Assembly (NCBI GenBank): GCA_023485405.1
Contig: JAMCZU010000006.1
Span: forward strand, 1 to 54,942
DNA from: Patescibacteria group bacterium
Lineage (GTDB): Bacteria > Patescibacteriota > UBA1384 > UBA12157 > JAENIV01
Direction: 5' to 3'
Length of the DNA stretch: 54,942 nt
Made by a program: the position numbers and the translations under genes. The notes beneath the pieces were generated by a model. That model did not search any database, was not told where the DNA came from, and worked only from the letters and a program-made list of their open reading frames with translations. Below, piece after piece: positions 1 to 8,579 of the stretch. Within the stretch, counting starts at the first letter, position 1. The number at the start of each line of letters is the position of its first letter.

Positions 1-1
1 T

Positions 2-985
2 CAATTTAATTCGGAGGATTTTGCGAACCAAATTGTGAGTGAAGGTATTTGGAAAGATATTGAAGTGGCCACCCCAGATCCAACGACTCTTACCTTTACT
101 TTTAAACAACCTTTTAGTCCATTTTTGTACACTTCCACTGAACCAATTTTTCCTTATGGGCCTTACAAAATTACGAAAGAAAATAAGAACGAAGTTGAAC
201 TTTCGGCACGTGATGATTATTATGCCGGCCGGCCGTATATTGATAAGATAATTTTTAGATTATACCCCGATCAAAATAGTCTTTTGAAAGCGGCTAAGCG
301 GGGTGAAATTGATGGGTTTGCTTTAACCACAGATACCGAAATGCTTTCTAATTTCCAAAAATTTGAGATGAAATTACCACGACAATTAACAATCTTTTTT
401 AATCTTTCCAATAAAGATTTACAAGATATCAATGTTCGAAAAGCGCTCAAGGAAAATTCTAATCCAGGCAAAGCTTTGGAATTAAGATTAGTCACATCTT
501 CGAACCAAAAAAATGTGGATGTGGCTAAAGCCATTGCTGACAAATGGGGCAAAAATGGAATTAAGGTTAATTTAGATATTAAAGATAATGTTACTTTACA
601 AAAAACCGTCATTCCTAAGCGTGATTTTGATGTTTTACTTTACGGTCTAGATTATGGCGAAGATCCGGATCCTTATCCGTTTTGGCATTCTTCGCAAATT
701 AAAGAAGATGGCAAAAATCTTTCGAATTTTAAAAATGTCCAAGGAGATAAACTCTTAGAAGATGCTCGACAAGAATTTGATTTTAAAAAAAGAGAAGAAA
801 AGTATGCTCAGTTTCAGCAAATTTTAAATCAAGAGATTCCGGCTTTTGTGGTGGAACAAGATAATCTTTATTATCAAGTTTCTAAGGACGTTAAAGGTAT
901 TGATAAAATTGTTGGTTCTTTAGAATCAGACCGCTTTTTGGAAGTGGCTAAGTGGTATATTAATACCAAGAGGGTAAAAAAGTAA
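2..985 (+). CDS. ABC-transporter substrate-binding protein, family 5 (peptide/nickel type); 5' end outside window
   Basis: Frame is open from base 2 with no stop before the GTG at 35. Stretches such as YYAGRPYIDKIIFRLYPDQNSLLKAAKRGEIDG and DPYPFWHSS resemble OppA/DppA-like SBP C-terminal halves. Confidence 0.6.
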   Translation, partial: QFNSEDFANQIVSEGIWKDIEVATPDPTTLTFTFKQPFSPFLYTSTEPIFPYGPYKITKENKNEVELSARDDYYAGRPYIDKIIFRLYPDQNSLLKAAKRGEIDGFALTTDTEMLSNFQKFEMKLPRQLTIFFNLSNKDLQDINVRKALKENSNPGKALELRLVTSSNQKNVDVAKAIADKWGKNGIKVNLDIKDNVTLQKTVIPKRDFDVLLYGLDYGEDPDPYPFWHSSQIKEDGKNLSNFKNVQGDKLLEDARQEFDFKKREEKYAQFQQILNQEIPAFVVEQDNLYYQVSKDVKGIDKIVGSLESDRFLEVAKWYINTKRVKK

Positions 986-990
986 TCTAT

Positions 991-1077
991 GCCCCGGTGC
1001 TGGAATTGGCAGACAGGCATGCTTCAGGAGCATGTGATCGTAAGGTCGTGGAGGTTCGACTCCTCTCCGGGGCACCA
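991..1077 (+). tRNA. tRNA-Leu (anticodon CAG), type II with long variable arm, CCA encoded
   Basis: Acceptor GCCCCGG/CCGGGGC. Anticodon stem CATGC/GCATG with loop TTCAGGA. T-arm GGTTCGACTCC. Confidence 0.9.
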
Positions 1078-1113
1078 AATTACACTTTTTTAAAGTGTTT
1101 TTTAATAAAAAAA

Positions 1114-1135
1114 CGGGCAGCGGAGGTGCTGCCCG
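1114..1135 (-). terminator. Rho-independent terminator for minus-strand CDS 1150-1425
   Basis: cgggcagc-ggaggt-gctgcccg hairpin, followed on the minus strand by a T7 run. Confidence 0.6.
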
Positions 1136-1149
1136 GAGTTCGTAGATAG

Positions 1150-1425
1150 TTAGGCTTCCACAAGAGGGATGTCGACACGATCTTTGTCGAAGAGTCGGCA
1201 GTCACAATAGTGAAGGTTTCGTTTGGTGACTTTGGAGCGTGGAAATTGTGGGGTTAATATGGCGTATTGGCTGTCAGGAGAAGCTGATTGTGAACACTTT
1301 TCTGCGAAAGGGCAGTCTGGGAGAAAAGTGCAAGACAGCTCTGTTACTTCGCCAAGTAGTTTACCTTGGAATACTCCAACAACGACCGAGACGGTAACAT
1401 CGGGACGATTTAATAGTTTTTCCAT
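1150..1425 (-). CDS. Hypothetical protein, GC-rich orphan (about 91 aa from second ATG)
   Basis: ORF 1150-1452. The internal ATG at 1425 is preceded by ggaagggggg. TGcTAAAAT extended -10 at 1451-1459 and own terminator. Composition is clearly GC-richer than neighbours. No recognisable family. Confidence 0.4.
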   Translation of the reverse strand: MEKLLNRPDVTVSVVVGVFQGKLLGEVTELSCTFLPDCPFAEKCSQSASPDSQYAILTPQFPRSKVTKRNLHYCDCRLFDKDRVDIPLVEA

Positions 1426-1506
1426 TGGCTCGTTCCCCCCTTCCACGCTCATTTTAGCATAGTCATTTATCCACAGTTTTTTATGTCTACTCTTGACCCC
1501 AGCACA

Positions 1507-1593
1507 ACTTCTTTCTGCAAAACGGACTTCGTCCTGTTATTGCAGAAGCGTCGCATGCGGGGTCTGCGCCCTGTCGAATGACAGGGCTTGACA
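1507..1593. repeat. Dispersed repeat family B, copy 1 (two-tier hairpin ttctgcaa-acggac-ttc-gtcctg-ttgcagaa, ending in TTGACA)
   Basis: Near-identical to 23925-24001 and related to 11523-11630. Confidence 0.8.
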
Positions 1594-1616
1594 AATCGTA
1601 TTATATATGGTATAGT
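1588..1616 (+). promoter_or_regulatory. Sigma70-type promoter
   Basis: TTGACA (1588-1593), 17-nt spacer, TGgTATAGT extended -10 (hexamer 1611-1616). Confidence 0.6.
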
Positions 1617-1633
1617 AACAATTAACAAGACCG

Positions 1634-1750
1634 AAAAAGGCACACCTGTTGTAAGACAGGGTCGCAAAACCACGGGTCCGACTCGAGTAATCGAGGGATA
1701 GCCGGGTTGCCGGAAATGTGCTCACAGAGTTCGTTTCGGCGAATTTTTTG
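1634..1750 (+). promoter_or_regulatory. Candidate c-di-GMP-I (GEMM-I)-like riboswitch aptamer (1634-1713) plus putative terminator (1709-1750)
   Basis: AAAGGCACACC-UGUU-GUAA-GACA-GGGUCGCAAAACC-ACGGGUC...(CUCGA-GUAA-UCGAG)...GAUAGCCGGGUUGCCG matches remembered GEMM-I blocks GGCAAACC / GGGACGCAAAGCC / AGCGGGGUUACCG. Stem gccg(g)aaa/tttcggc followed by a T-run overlaps the 3' end of the aptamer. Confidence 0.5.
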
Positions 1751-1780
1751 GTTTTGTCACTTTCTAACGGAGGTGACAGA

Positions 1781-2023
1781 ATGTCACAAATACCTATTCC
1801 TGGAAGTAAGCGATTGCCTCTAGTTGTGGAGGCAAATGAGGTGGCTCATCTTAACTATCGAGTTTGGCGAAATTCAGTCATCTATTTTAAGATCCGCCTT
1901 AAAAGCGGTGGTTTGAGCCAACTTGCCCAGCTTTCTTATCCGGGCTTTCAGCGACCTGAAGAGATAGTAACTACATGCTGCTGTTGCGGCGAGAAAGTGA
2001 GAGCGACCATCTTCTTTTTTTGA
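1781..2023 (+). CDS. Hypothetical small protein (80 aa, CCCC motif near C-terminus), GC-rich orphan
   Basis: ATG at 1781 lies 7 nt after GGAGGTG. The longer track ORF start at 1718 has no RBS. Strong terminator follows. Confidence 0.45.
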   Translation: MSQIPIPGSKRLPLVVEANEVAHLNYRVWRNSVIYFKIRLKSGGLSQLAQLSYPGFQRPEEIVTTCCCCGEKVRATIFFF

Positions 2024-2036
2024 TTGATGGTCTTTT

Positions 2037-2066
2037 GCCCCCGCTAACCGCGGGGGCATTCTTTTT
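2037..2066 (+). terminator. Rho-independent terminator
   Basis: 8-bp GC stem gcccccgc/gcgggggc with 5-nt loop, then attcttttt. Confidence 0.8.
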
Positions 2067-2105
2067 AATTGATTTTTTCATATTTTTCCCATATAATATA
2101 ACTAT

Positions 2106-2192
2106 GCCCGGGTGGCGAAATTGGCACACGCGCATCCTTGAGGTGGATGTGCCCGCAAGGGCTTGGAGGTTCGAGTCCTCTTCCGGGCACCA
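2106..2192 (+). tRNA. tRNA-Leu (anticodon GAG), type II, CCA encoded
   Basis: Acceptor GCCCGGG/CCCGGGC-like. Anticodon stem CATCC/GGATG with loop TTGAGGT. Long variable arm. GGTTCGAGTCC. Confidence 0.9.
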
Positions 2193-2193
2193 A

Positions 2194-2268
2194 GGGCGGT
2201 TAGCTCAGCGGTAGAGCGCTTCGCTTACATCGAAGATGCCGTAGGTTCGAATCCTTCACCGCCCACCA
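2194..2268 (+). tRNA. tRNA-Val (anticodon TAC), CCA encoded
   Basis: Acceptor GGGCGGT/ACCGCCC. D-arm GCTCAGCGGTAGAGC. Anticodon stem CTTCG/CGAAG with loop CTTACAT. Confidence 0.85.
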
Positions 2269-2275
2269 ATAAAAT

Positions 2276-2812
2276 ATGGAATACAAAATTGTTTATTTTT
2301 TTAATCATCTTGGGTCGGGGACAATAGTTGATAATTTCTCGTTCTATTTTAGCTGGATCCCGTTTTTGGTTGTTTTTTGGTTTTTGCTGGCACTTTTAGC
2401 CCTAATTTTTGATAAAACCAATGGTAAAAGAATTTTCTGGGGAGTAGTTCTATTAGCGGTAATCTATTTTATTATCAATGATCTGATTTTAAAACAAACT
2501 TTGGCGAGTGCTTTTTTCCGCCAACGACCGTACATTGCTCATGCTGATACGATTATTCCTTTGGGAGAATTATTTAGTGATTCATCTTTTCCTTCTGGTC
2601 ATATGGCGATTACCGTTGCCCTTTCAACTTTTTTCCTTTATTTTTATCGTAAATGGTGGATTTGGGTTTTGGTCATAATCTTTGTTCTTTTAATGGCTTT
2701 TTCTCGTTTGCATAACGGCATGCATTACCCAACTGATATTTTAGCTGGCATTATTTTTGGTCTTGGCTACGGCTTTTTGACTGTTCTAATTAGTAAAAAG
2801 ATATTTAGTTAA
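2276..2812 (+). CDS. PAP2-family membrane phosphatase (undecaprenyl-diphosphatase-like)
   Basis: Multi-TM protein with PAP2 motifs SFPSGH and SRLHNGMHYPTD. Confidence 0.8.
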   Translation: MEYKIVYFFNHLGSGTIVDNFSFYFSWIPFLVVFWFLLALLALIFDKTNGKRIFWGVVLLAVIYFIINDLILKQTLASAFFRQRPYIAHADTIIPLGELFSDSSFPSGHMAITVALSTFFLYFYRKWWIWVLVIIFVLLMAFSRLHNGMHYPTDILAGIIFGLGYGFLTVLISKKIFS

Positions 2813-3830
2813 TATCTAGCTCTATTGAGTTATTTGTTTCAACTCCTAAAGATTTTTTAAGATTATTGATAATTTTTTCTTTTTCAATGTTTTCTAAAAC
2901 ATATGGTCTTAGATGCAAACTGCCAAGGGGAATTAGCTCCAGGGTTAATTTTTTGGCATTAATTTTGCCTTTAATTGCCAGTCCTCTTTGGGTTTCTCTG
3001 GAAAAAGTTTGATCAAAAAGGAAGTTGCCTAAAGAATAAAAAATTGGCTTTTCTTTATATATTTCGGCGTCTTGAATGACGTGAGGGTGTGAACCAATAA
3101 TTAAGTCTACACCCTGATTAATCCAAGTATGAGCCAATCTTGCTTGTTTTTGATTATGAATTGTTTGATATTCATCTCCCCAGTGAGGGAAAATAATAAC
3201 AAAAGCGCCGTTTTCTTTTTGTTCTTTAATTTTTTCTTCCAAATCTGGTGTGTTGGCAAGAGTGTTAACGGCGATAACGCTAATTTTAAGATTTCCTTTT
3301 TGAAAAGTTTGAACTAAATCAGCGGAATTTTTCGAATTACCGATTGTGGTAATTTGATTATTATTTAGCAGTTCTTTGGTAAAATTAAATACATTTGTGC
3401 CTTGGTCAAAAGTATGGTTATTACCGAGACTTACAGTATTAATTCCAAGCCATTTTAAAGCATCTTTTGTTTGAGGAGGGAACTTCATGACCAAATTATC
3501 AGGGGTAATATCGGGGATAAATTTTTGATTTACGATTGGTCCTTCAAGATTTAGTATTTTAATATCGCCTTGAAAAAAATTTTGATCTAAATCTCGAAAG
3601 GCTTTGGTTAAATCGTTGCCAAATTGGTCGTAAACGGCTCGGCCAAATATGGCATCGCCGGCAAAAGTAAAAGTTATTTCATCTTCGTTTTTTTTAAGAC
3701 TTTCAAAAGTTGCTAAAACTTTCGGTTCTGAATCATTAATTTTTTCGGTCGTAATTTTAAAAATATAAATAAAAGATGTAACCACACAAAGACTTAGAAA
3801 AATTAATAAATATTGAATGGGTTTGGTCAT
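2805..3830 (-). CDS. CapA-family (PGA_cap metallophosphatase-like) protein with N-terminal TM anchor
   Basis: FTFAGDAIFGR, SLGNNHTFDQG, FPHWGDEY, GSHPHV and YSLGNFLFDQ are typical of the CapA family. Confidence 0.75.
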   Translation of the reverse strand: MTKPIQYLLIFLSLCVVTSFIYIFKITTEKINDSEPKVLATFESLKKNEDEITFTFAGDAIFGRAVYDQFGNDLTKAFRDLDQNFFQGDIKILNLEGPIVNQKFIPDITPDNLVMKFPPQTKDALKWLGINTVSLGNNHTFDQGTNVFNFTKELLNNNQITTIGNSKNSADLVQTFQKGNLKISVIAVNTLANTPDLEEKIKEQKENGAFVIIFPHWGDEYQTIHNQKQARLAHTWINQGVDLIIGSHPHVIQDAEIYKEKPIFYSLGNFLFDQTFSRETQRGLAIKGKINAKKLTLELIPLGSLHLRPYVLENIEKEKIINNLKKSLGVETNNSIELDIN

Positions 3831-3937
3831 AAATTAATTATATCTAATAAGCGGGTTTATTGATAATTTCCTAGATGTATGTTAAGATAAATTTGATCTA
3901 AATATCAGCCTCCTAACAATTATCAAAAATTAACGAT

Positions 3938-4012
3938 GCCTGGGTAGCTCAGTGGTAGAGCACATGACTGAAAATCATGGTGTCGTGAGTCCGATTCTCA
4001 CCCCAGGCACCA
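3938..4012 (+). tRNA. tRNA-Phe (anticodon GAA), CCA encoded
   Basis: Acceptor GCCTGGG/CCCAGGC. GCTCAGTGGTAGAGC. Anticodon stem CATGA/TCATG with loop CTGAAAA. Preceded by TTGATA-17-TAAGAT (3860-3888). Confidence 0.9.
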
Positions 4013-4015
4013 CGT

Positions 4016-4408
4016 ATGATTAATTTTGAAAAATTCTTAACAAAAAGTTATATTTTCGAAATAACGCCCACAACTGTTGGTTTTTATAAATACCTAGCAA
4101 TTGTTTTTGGTTTATTTATTCTGACGGCGTTGATTTTAATAGTAAAATCAAAGAGAAAAGAAGAGATTTGGAAAAATCTTTATGTCAAAATTATCAATTT
4201 GCTTTTATTTGGTGGTGCTTTTGGCTTAATTCTTATCTTTTTTCGCTACGAAGGCATTCCTTATCTTGGTAGTAGACTATTTCTTTTAATCTTGTTGCTG
4301 AGTTTAACTTTTTGGACAATGACAATAGTTTGGTATAGATTTAAAATTTTACCTTATAAAATTAAAGAACATCAAAAGCGAAAAGCTTTTGAAAAATACC
4401 TACCTTAA
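4016..4408 (+). CDS. Hypothetical membrane protein
   Basis: 130 aa with 3-4 hydrophobic segments. No family recognised. Confidence 0.5.
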   Translation: MINFEKFLTKSYIFEITPTTVGFYKYLAIVFGLFILTALILIVKSKRKEEIWKNLYVKIINLLLFGGAFGLILIFFRYEGIPYLGSRLFLLILLLSLTFWTMTIVWYRFKILPYKIKEHQKRKAFEKYLP

Positions 4409-4463
4409 GGCAAGCCAAAAGGCTTGTCCTGAGCGTAGTCGAAGGATGGGATAAAGGATAATA

Positions 4464-5645
4464 ATGAAAAATTCTGAAACAATGAAAGATTTGGCCACTA
4501 ATTTGGGTAGTAGACTTGTGCCTATTCACAATGGAGAATTAGCTGAAGTAAAAATCCTCCAAATTTTAAAGAACAAAATGATTGTTGATGTTGGTGGGTT
4601 TACGCTTGGAATTATTCCAGAGCAAGAATTTTCACCCGAAGTTGGAGATTTTAAAGTTGGCGATAAGATGCTAGCTTATGTTCTAACGATTGAAAATGAC
4701 GAAGGTTATGTTATTTTATCACTTCGTCGAGCCGACAAAGAAAGAGTTTCAAAAATTCTTCATGACAAATTTGAATCAGGTGAAGTTTTACCAATTAAAG
4801 TCTTAGATGCCAACAAAGGTGGTCTTCTTTGCCAATTTGGCGATTACGAAGGTTTTTTGCCGGTTTCGCAATTAGCCACTTCACACTATCCAAAAGTAGC
4901 TTCTGGTAATCGTGAAGAAATTTTTAGTCGTTTAAAATCTTTAGTCGGACAGACTTTACAGGTCAAAGTTTTGAGTTTTGAGCCGGGTTCGGGAAAGTTA
5001 ATTTTTTCTGAAAAAGCGGCTGGTGATATTGCTCAATTTGAAAAAATTAAAGGTATTAAGATTGATGATGTTTTGGAAGGTGAAATAACTGGAATTGTTG
5101 ATTTTGGTTTATTTGTCAAAATAAAAATTGATTCAGATGAAGTTGAAGGACTTGTTCATATTTCGGAAGCTTCTTGGGAACACATTGATGACTTAAAAAG
5201 CAAATTTAAAATTGGCGAGAAAATTACGGTCAAAGTTATTTCAAAAGAAGATAATCGTTTATCGCTTTCTTTGAAGCGTCTAGAACCAGATCCTTGGCTT
5301 AAATTAGCGTCATCTTGTAAAGTTGGTGATGTGGTGGACGCAAAAGTAACTAAAATTACTCCTTTTGGTGCTTTTGTAAAATTGGGCACGATTGATGGTT
5401 TAGTGCATATTTCCGAGCTTGGTGATAAGGTAGCTGATCCTAAAGCCATCGTTGAAGAAGGAAAATCTTATAAATTTAAAATTATGTCCATTGAGCCAGA
5501 GTTACATAAATTAAGCCTTTCATTAAAAGCGGTGGCAGAAAAAGAGACTCCAGTAAAAAAAGAAGAAGCAAAAGTGGAAAAACCAAAAAAAACCAAAAAA
5601 ACGCTCAAAAAAACTGTAACTAAGGCTAAAAAAGGAGAGGAATGA
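4464..5645 (+). CDS. rpsA: 30S ribosomal protein S1 (four S1 domains, Lys-rich tail)
   Basis: Repeated S1-domain signatures (GEITGIVDFGLFVKI, AKVTKITPFGAFVKL, LVHISE). Confidence 0.85.
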   Translation: MKNSETMKDLATNLGSRLVPIHNGELAEVKILQILKNKMIVDVGGFTLGIIPEQEFSPEVGDFKVGDKMLAYVLTIENDEGYVILSLRRADKERVSKILHDKFESGEVLPIKVLDANKGGLLCQFGDYEGFLPVSQLATSHYPKVASGNREEIFSRLKSLVGQTLQVKVLSFEPGSGKLIFSEKAAGDIAQFEKIKGIKIDDVLEGEITGIVDFGLFVKIKIDSDEVEGLVHISEASWEHIDDLKSKFKIGEKITVKVISKEDNRLSLSLKRLEPDPWLKLASSCKVGDVVDAKVTKITPFGAFVKLGTIDGLVHISELGDKVADPKAIVEEGKSYKFKIMSIEPELHKLSLSLKAVAEKETPVKKEEAKVEKPKKTKKTLKKTVTKAKKGEE

Positions 5646-6115
5646 TTATTACTTGGGAGGCAAAAGAAAACTTTACGATTAAAACTCGAAATAAAACAGT
5701 TAAAATTGGTGAAAATATTTCTTTAGGCGATCTTAAAATAAACACACCCGGCGAATATGAATCAGGTGGAGTTCAAATGGAAGTTATTGACGGCACGATT
5801 GAGATTTTTTCAGAAAAGATGATGATTGCTTGGATGAAAAAAGCTAAAGTTTTATCCGACAGCGAATTAGAAAAATTAAGCGGTATTGATGTTTTGCTCA
5901 TTGGCATAGGCGGTGGCGCATTTACCGAAACAAAACAAGCTTTGGAAGTGATTAATCAAATTGATCCCAAAGTAGTGATTCCGATGTATGAAAAAGACTT
6001 AGAAAGTTTTACTAAAGAAGAGGGTATAAATACGCAGGGGCAAGATCAATTCAAATTTACTTTAAATGATTTGCCAGCTGAAGAAAGAAAAGTAATTATC
6101 CTTAATGCTAGTTGA
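5642..6115 (+). CDS. Hypothetical protein (possibly degenerate MBL-fold-like)
   Basis: ATGA overlap with rpsA. Weak resemblance to Lactamase_B_3-type proteins, but no HxHxDH motif. Confidence 0.45.
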   Translation: MIITWEAKENFTIKTRNKTVKIGENISLGDLKINTPGEYESGGVQMEVIDGTIEIFSEKMMIAWMKKAKVLSDSELEKLSGIDVLLIGIGGGAFTETKQALEVINQIDPKVVIPMYEKDLESFTKEEGINTQGQDQFKFTLNDLPAEERKVIILNAS

Positions 6116-7067
6116 TAAACTTATCTCTAAAATTAAAAATTACGAAAATATTTTATTAATGGTGCATGTTGAGCCAGATGGTGATACGTTGGCCGCGACA
6201 GTTGCATTTTACATTGCTCTAAAGAGTCTTGGTAAAAAGGTTTCAATGGTCTGTATTGATGAAATTCCGAAACCTTTTTTATTTTTACCGCAAATTAAAA
6301 ATATTCAAAAAGATATTTTATTTGGTGACTTTGAAGTAATTATTGTGATTGATTGTGGTGATTTGCGAAGGACCGGTTTTCCGGAAAGATTGAAAAAATT
6401 TGCTAAAGTTTTTAAAAATTTTATCAACATTGATCATCATCCTAAAAATGATTTGTGGAAAATTGCTAATATTAATATTGTTGACCAAGGTGCTTCATCC
6501 GCCTCGGAAATTGTTTGGGAAATATTAAAAAAATTGCCGGTCGAATTAAATTGTGATATTGCCACGGCCATTTTGACAGGAATTTATACTGATACCGGTG
6601 GTTTTAAGCATTCCAACACTAGTCCGAAAACTTTAGAAATAGCGGCCGAACTTTTGGCTCACGGGGCAAGGCTTAAAACTATTACTAAAAATGTTTCTTT
6701 AAATAAAAGTGTAGCGGCTTTAAAACTTTGGGGAGTGGCTCTTTCCAGACTGCATAAAAATCAATATTTACAAATTGTCTCTTCGGTTATTACTCGTCAG
6801 GATTTGGATGATTGTGGGGCGACTTATTATGAGTTAGCGGGTGTAGTAAATTTAATGAATTCAATTCCCGATTCTAAAGCAGCCATTTTATTTTTTGAAA
6901 CACCAGAGGGTAATATTAGGGCATCGCTTCGGACTGAAAAAGACAGTGTTGATATTGGTAAAATTGCCAAGCTTTTTGGTGGTGGTGGACATAAAAAAGC
7001 GGCCGGTTTTACCATTGAAGCAGAATTAAAATTAAATGATACACAATGGGAGATTTTATTGAAATAA
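6105..7067 (+). CDS. DHH/DHHA1 phosphoesterase (NrnA-like oligoribonuclease/pAp phosphatase)
   Basis: Motifs DGDTLAA, DCGD, DHH and GGGHKKAAGF in canonical order. Confidence 0.8.
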   Translation: MLVDKLISKIKNYENILLMVHVEPDGDTLAATVAFYIALKSLGKKVSMVCIDEIPKPFLFLPQIKNIQKDILFGDFEVIIVIDCGDLRRTGFPERLKKFAKVFKNFINIDHHPKNDLWKIANINIVDQGASSASEIVWEILKKLPVELNCDIATAILTGIYTDTGGFKHSNTSPKTLEIAAELLAHGARLKTITKNVSLNKSVAALKLWGVALSRLHKNQYLQIVSSVITRQDLDDCGATYYELAGVVNLMNSIPDSKAAILFFETPEGNIRASLRTEKDSVDIGKIAKLFGGGGHKKAAGFTIEAELKLNDTQWEILLK

Positions 7068-7095
7068 GGTAAGTTTTGAGGTAAAATATAGATAG

Positions 7096-7181
7096 GCCGG
7101 GATGTTGGAACTGGTAGACAATGTAGACTTAAAATCTATTGAGGGCAAAACCTCGTGCGGGTTCGAATCCCGCTCCCGGCA
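7096..7181 (+). tRNA. tRNA-Leu (anticodon TAA), type II, no encoded CCA
   Basis: Acceptor GCCGGGA/TCCCGGC. Anticodon loop CTTAAAA. Variable arm GAGGGCAAAACCTCG. GGTTCGAATCC. Confidence 0.85.
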
Positions 7182-7196
7182 ATTAAAAACAAAATT

Positions 7197-7898
7197 ATGG
7201 GAATGACTCCCAAAAAACATATAAATATTCAGTTTTTTAAGCAATGGTCTTCTGACATGGCTTATATTTTAGGTTATATTGCCGCAGATGGAAACATTCA
7301 TAAACGAAAAAACAGAATTAATAGCTGGATGTTGAACATAACATCCAAAGATAAAAATCATTTAGTAGTTCTTAAAAATGCAATGAATTCTGATCATGGT
7401 ATTTCTTCTAAACAGAATGGCCAAGGGGATGTATCTTATCAATTAATAATTTGTCATGCCGAAATTTGTAAAGATTTGAGAAGACTTGGCATTCATCCTC
7501 GAAAAACTTTTACTCTTAAACCAATCAAAGTACCTAAAGAATTTTTTTCTGATTTTGTAAGAGGCTATTTCGATGCTGATGGTTCGGTTTATATTTATGT
7601 TGTAAATGGCACTCCACAAATTAAAGCACATTTTACAGGAGCAAGTCGTATTTTTATCGAGAAGTTAGGTTTAATTTTGTCGCAACTGCTTGGAATAAAG
7701 GAAAAGCCAATTTATACCACAAAAGCTAAAGGCGTTAGACAAAATATGTATCATTTTGATTTTTATATTAGAGATTGCCAGAGACTTTTTGACTTTATGT
7801 ATACACCAATGCCGTCTTTGTATTTATCTAGAAAATATGAAATGTTTGAAAAGTGGAAGTTTGTAAAAAGAAGACACTATATTAGGCAAGTTGCTTAA
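7197..7898 (+). CDS. LAGLIDADG homing endonuclease (double-motif), free-standing
   Basis: Two LAGLIDADG motifs (YILGYIAADGNI and VRGYFDADGSV). ATG at 7197 lies 16 nt after tRNA-Leu. The track start at 7155 would overlap the tRNA. Confidence 0.8.
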   Translation: MGMTPKKHINIQFFKQWSSDMAYILGYIAADGNIHKRKNRINSWMLNITSKDKNHLVVLKNAMNSDHGISSKQNGQGDVSYQLIICHAEICKDLRRLGIHPRKTFTLKPIKVPKEFFSDFVRGYFDADGSVYIYVVNGTPQIKAHFTGASRIFIEKLGLILSQLLGIKEKPIYTTKAKGVRQNMYHFDFYIRDCQRLFDFMYTPMPSLYLSRKYEMFEKWKFVKRRHYIRQVA

Positions 7899-7956
7899 TT
7901 TTGTAAAAAATATTCGACAAAGCAATTCTTTCTTGGTAAGATGAATTTGAGGACTT

Positions 7957-8577
7957 ATGAGAAGATTGGTCAAATTTATTATCGTCATTGTTGTTACGGT
8001 GGTAATTTTAGGTGGTTTTTATTTTTTCTTTCCCCATATTTGGGGTGAATTACTTTATCCTTTAGATTATAAAGATTCAATTAAAAAATACTCAGAGGAA
8101 CGGGGTCTTCGACCTAATTTTGTCGCCGCCGTTATCTATACGGAAAGTCGTTTTAACCCTAAATCTGTTTCGTCTGTAGGCGCAGTTGGTTTGATGCAAA
8201 TTATGCCAGGTACCGCTGATTCAATTGCTTCCGAAATAGGAGAAAAAACGGGTGATTTAACAGATCCCGAAACTTCAATTAAATATGGTACTTGGTATTT
8301 AAAGGGTTTATCTGATAAATATGGTGGCAATACTGATTTAATTTGTGCGGCTTATAATGCCGGGGTGGGTCGAGCTGACAAATTTAAGGATGGAGTAACG
8401 GGGCTGCCATCGGAAACGACTTTTTTTATTCAAAAAGTTAAAAATACCGAAATTATGTATGATAAAATTTACGATTCTTGGTACTCACAAAGTCAATCGG
8501 AAAAGAAAAATCCAGTCGCCATTGGTTTTTCTAATATTTCTGACTATGTCAAAAAACTAATTCTAGGAAATAGATAA
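7957..8577 (+). CDS. Lytic transglycosylase (SLT domain) with N-terminal TM
   Basis: ESRFNPKSVSSVGAVGLMQIMP and AAYNAG motifs. Confidence 0.8.
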   Translation: MRRLVKFIIVIVVTVVILGGFYFFFPHIWGELLYPLDYKDSIKKYSEERGLRPNFVAAVIYTESRFNPKSVSSVGAVGLMQIMPGTADSIASEIGEKTGDLTDPETSIKYGTWYLKGLSDKYGGNTDLICAAYNAGVGRADKFKDGVTGLPSETTFFIQKVKNTEIMYDKIYDSWYSQSQSEKKNPVAIGFSNISDYVKKLILGNR

Positions 8578-8579
8578 AA

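Noticed and set aside
1467-1725. Two minus-strand ORFs (68 and 62 aa) over the family-B repeat, promoter and leader
   Set aside because: They overlap each other and lie on repeat, promoter and structured-leader sequence. Neither has an RBS, so they are most likely non-coding.
1620-2060. The GC-rich segment between tRNA genes as tmRNA, RNase P RNA, SRP RNA or 6S RNA
   Set aside because: I could not find the hallmark motifs: the RNase P GAGGAAAGUCC block, a tmRNA tRNA-like 3' end or tag ORF, or the SRP GGAA/AGCA domain IV. The region is better explained as promoter, riboswitch-like leader, SD-preceded small ORF and terminator.
7155-7196. N-terminal extension of the LAGLIDADG ORF from the GTG at 7155
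   Set aside because: The extension overlaps the T-arm and acceptor of tRNA-Leu(UAA). The ATG at 7197 gives a normal-length protein.
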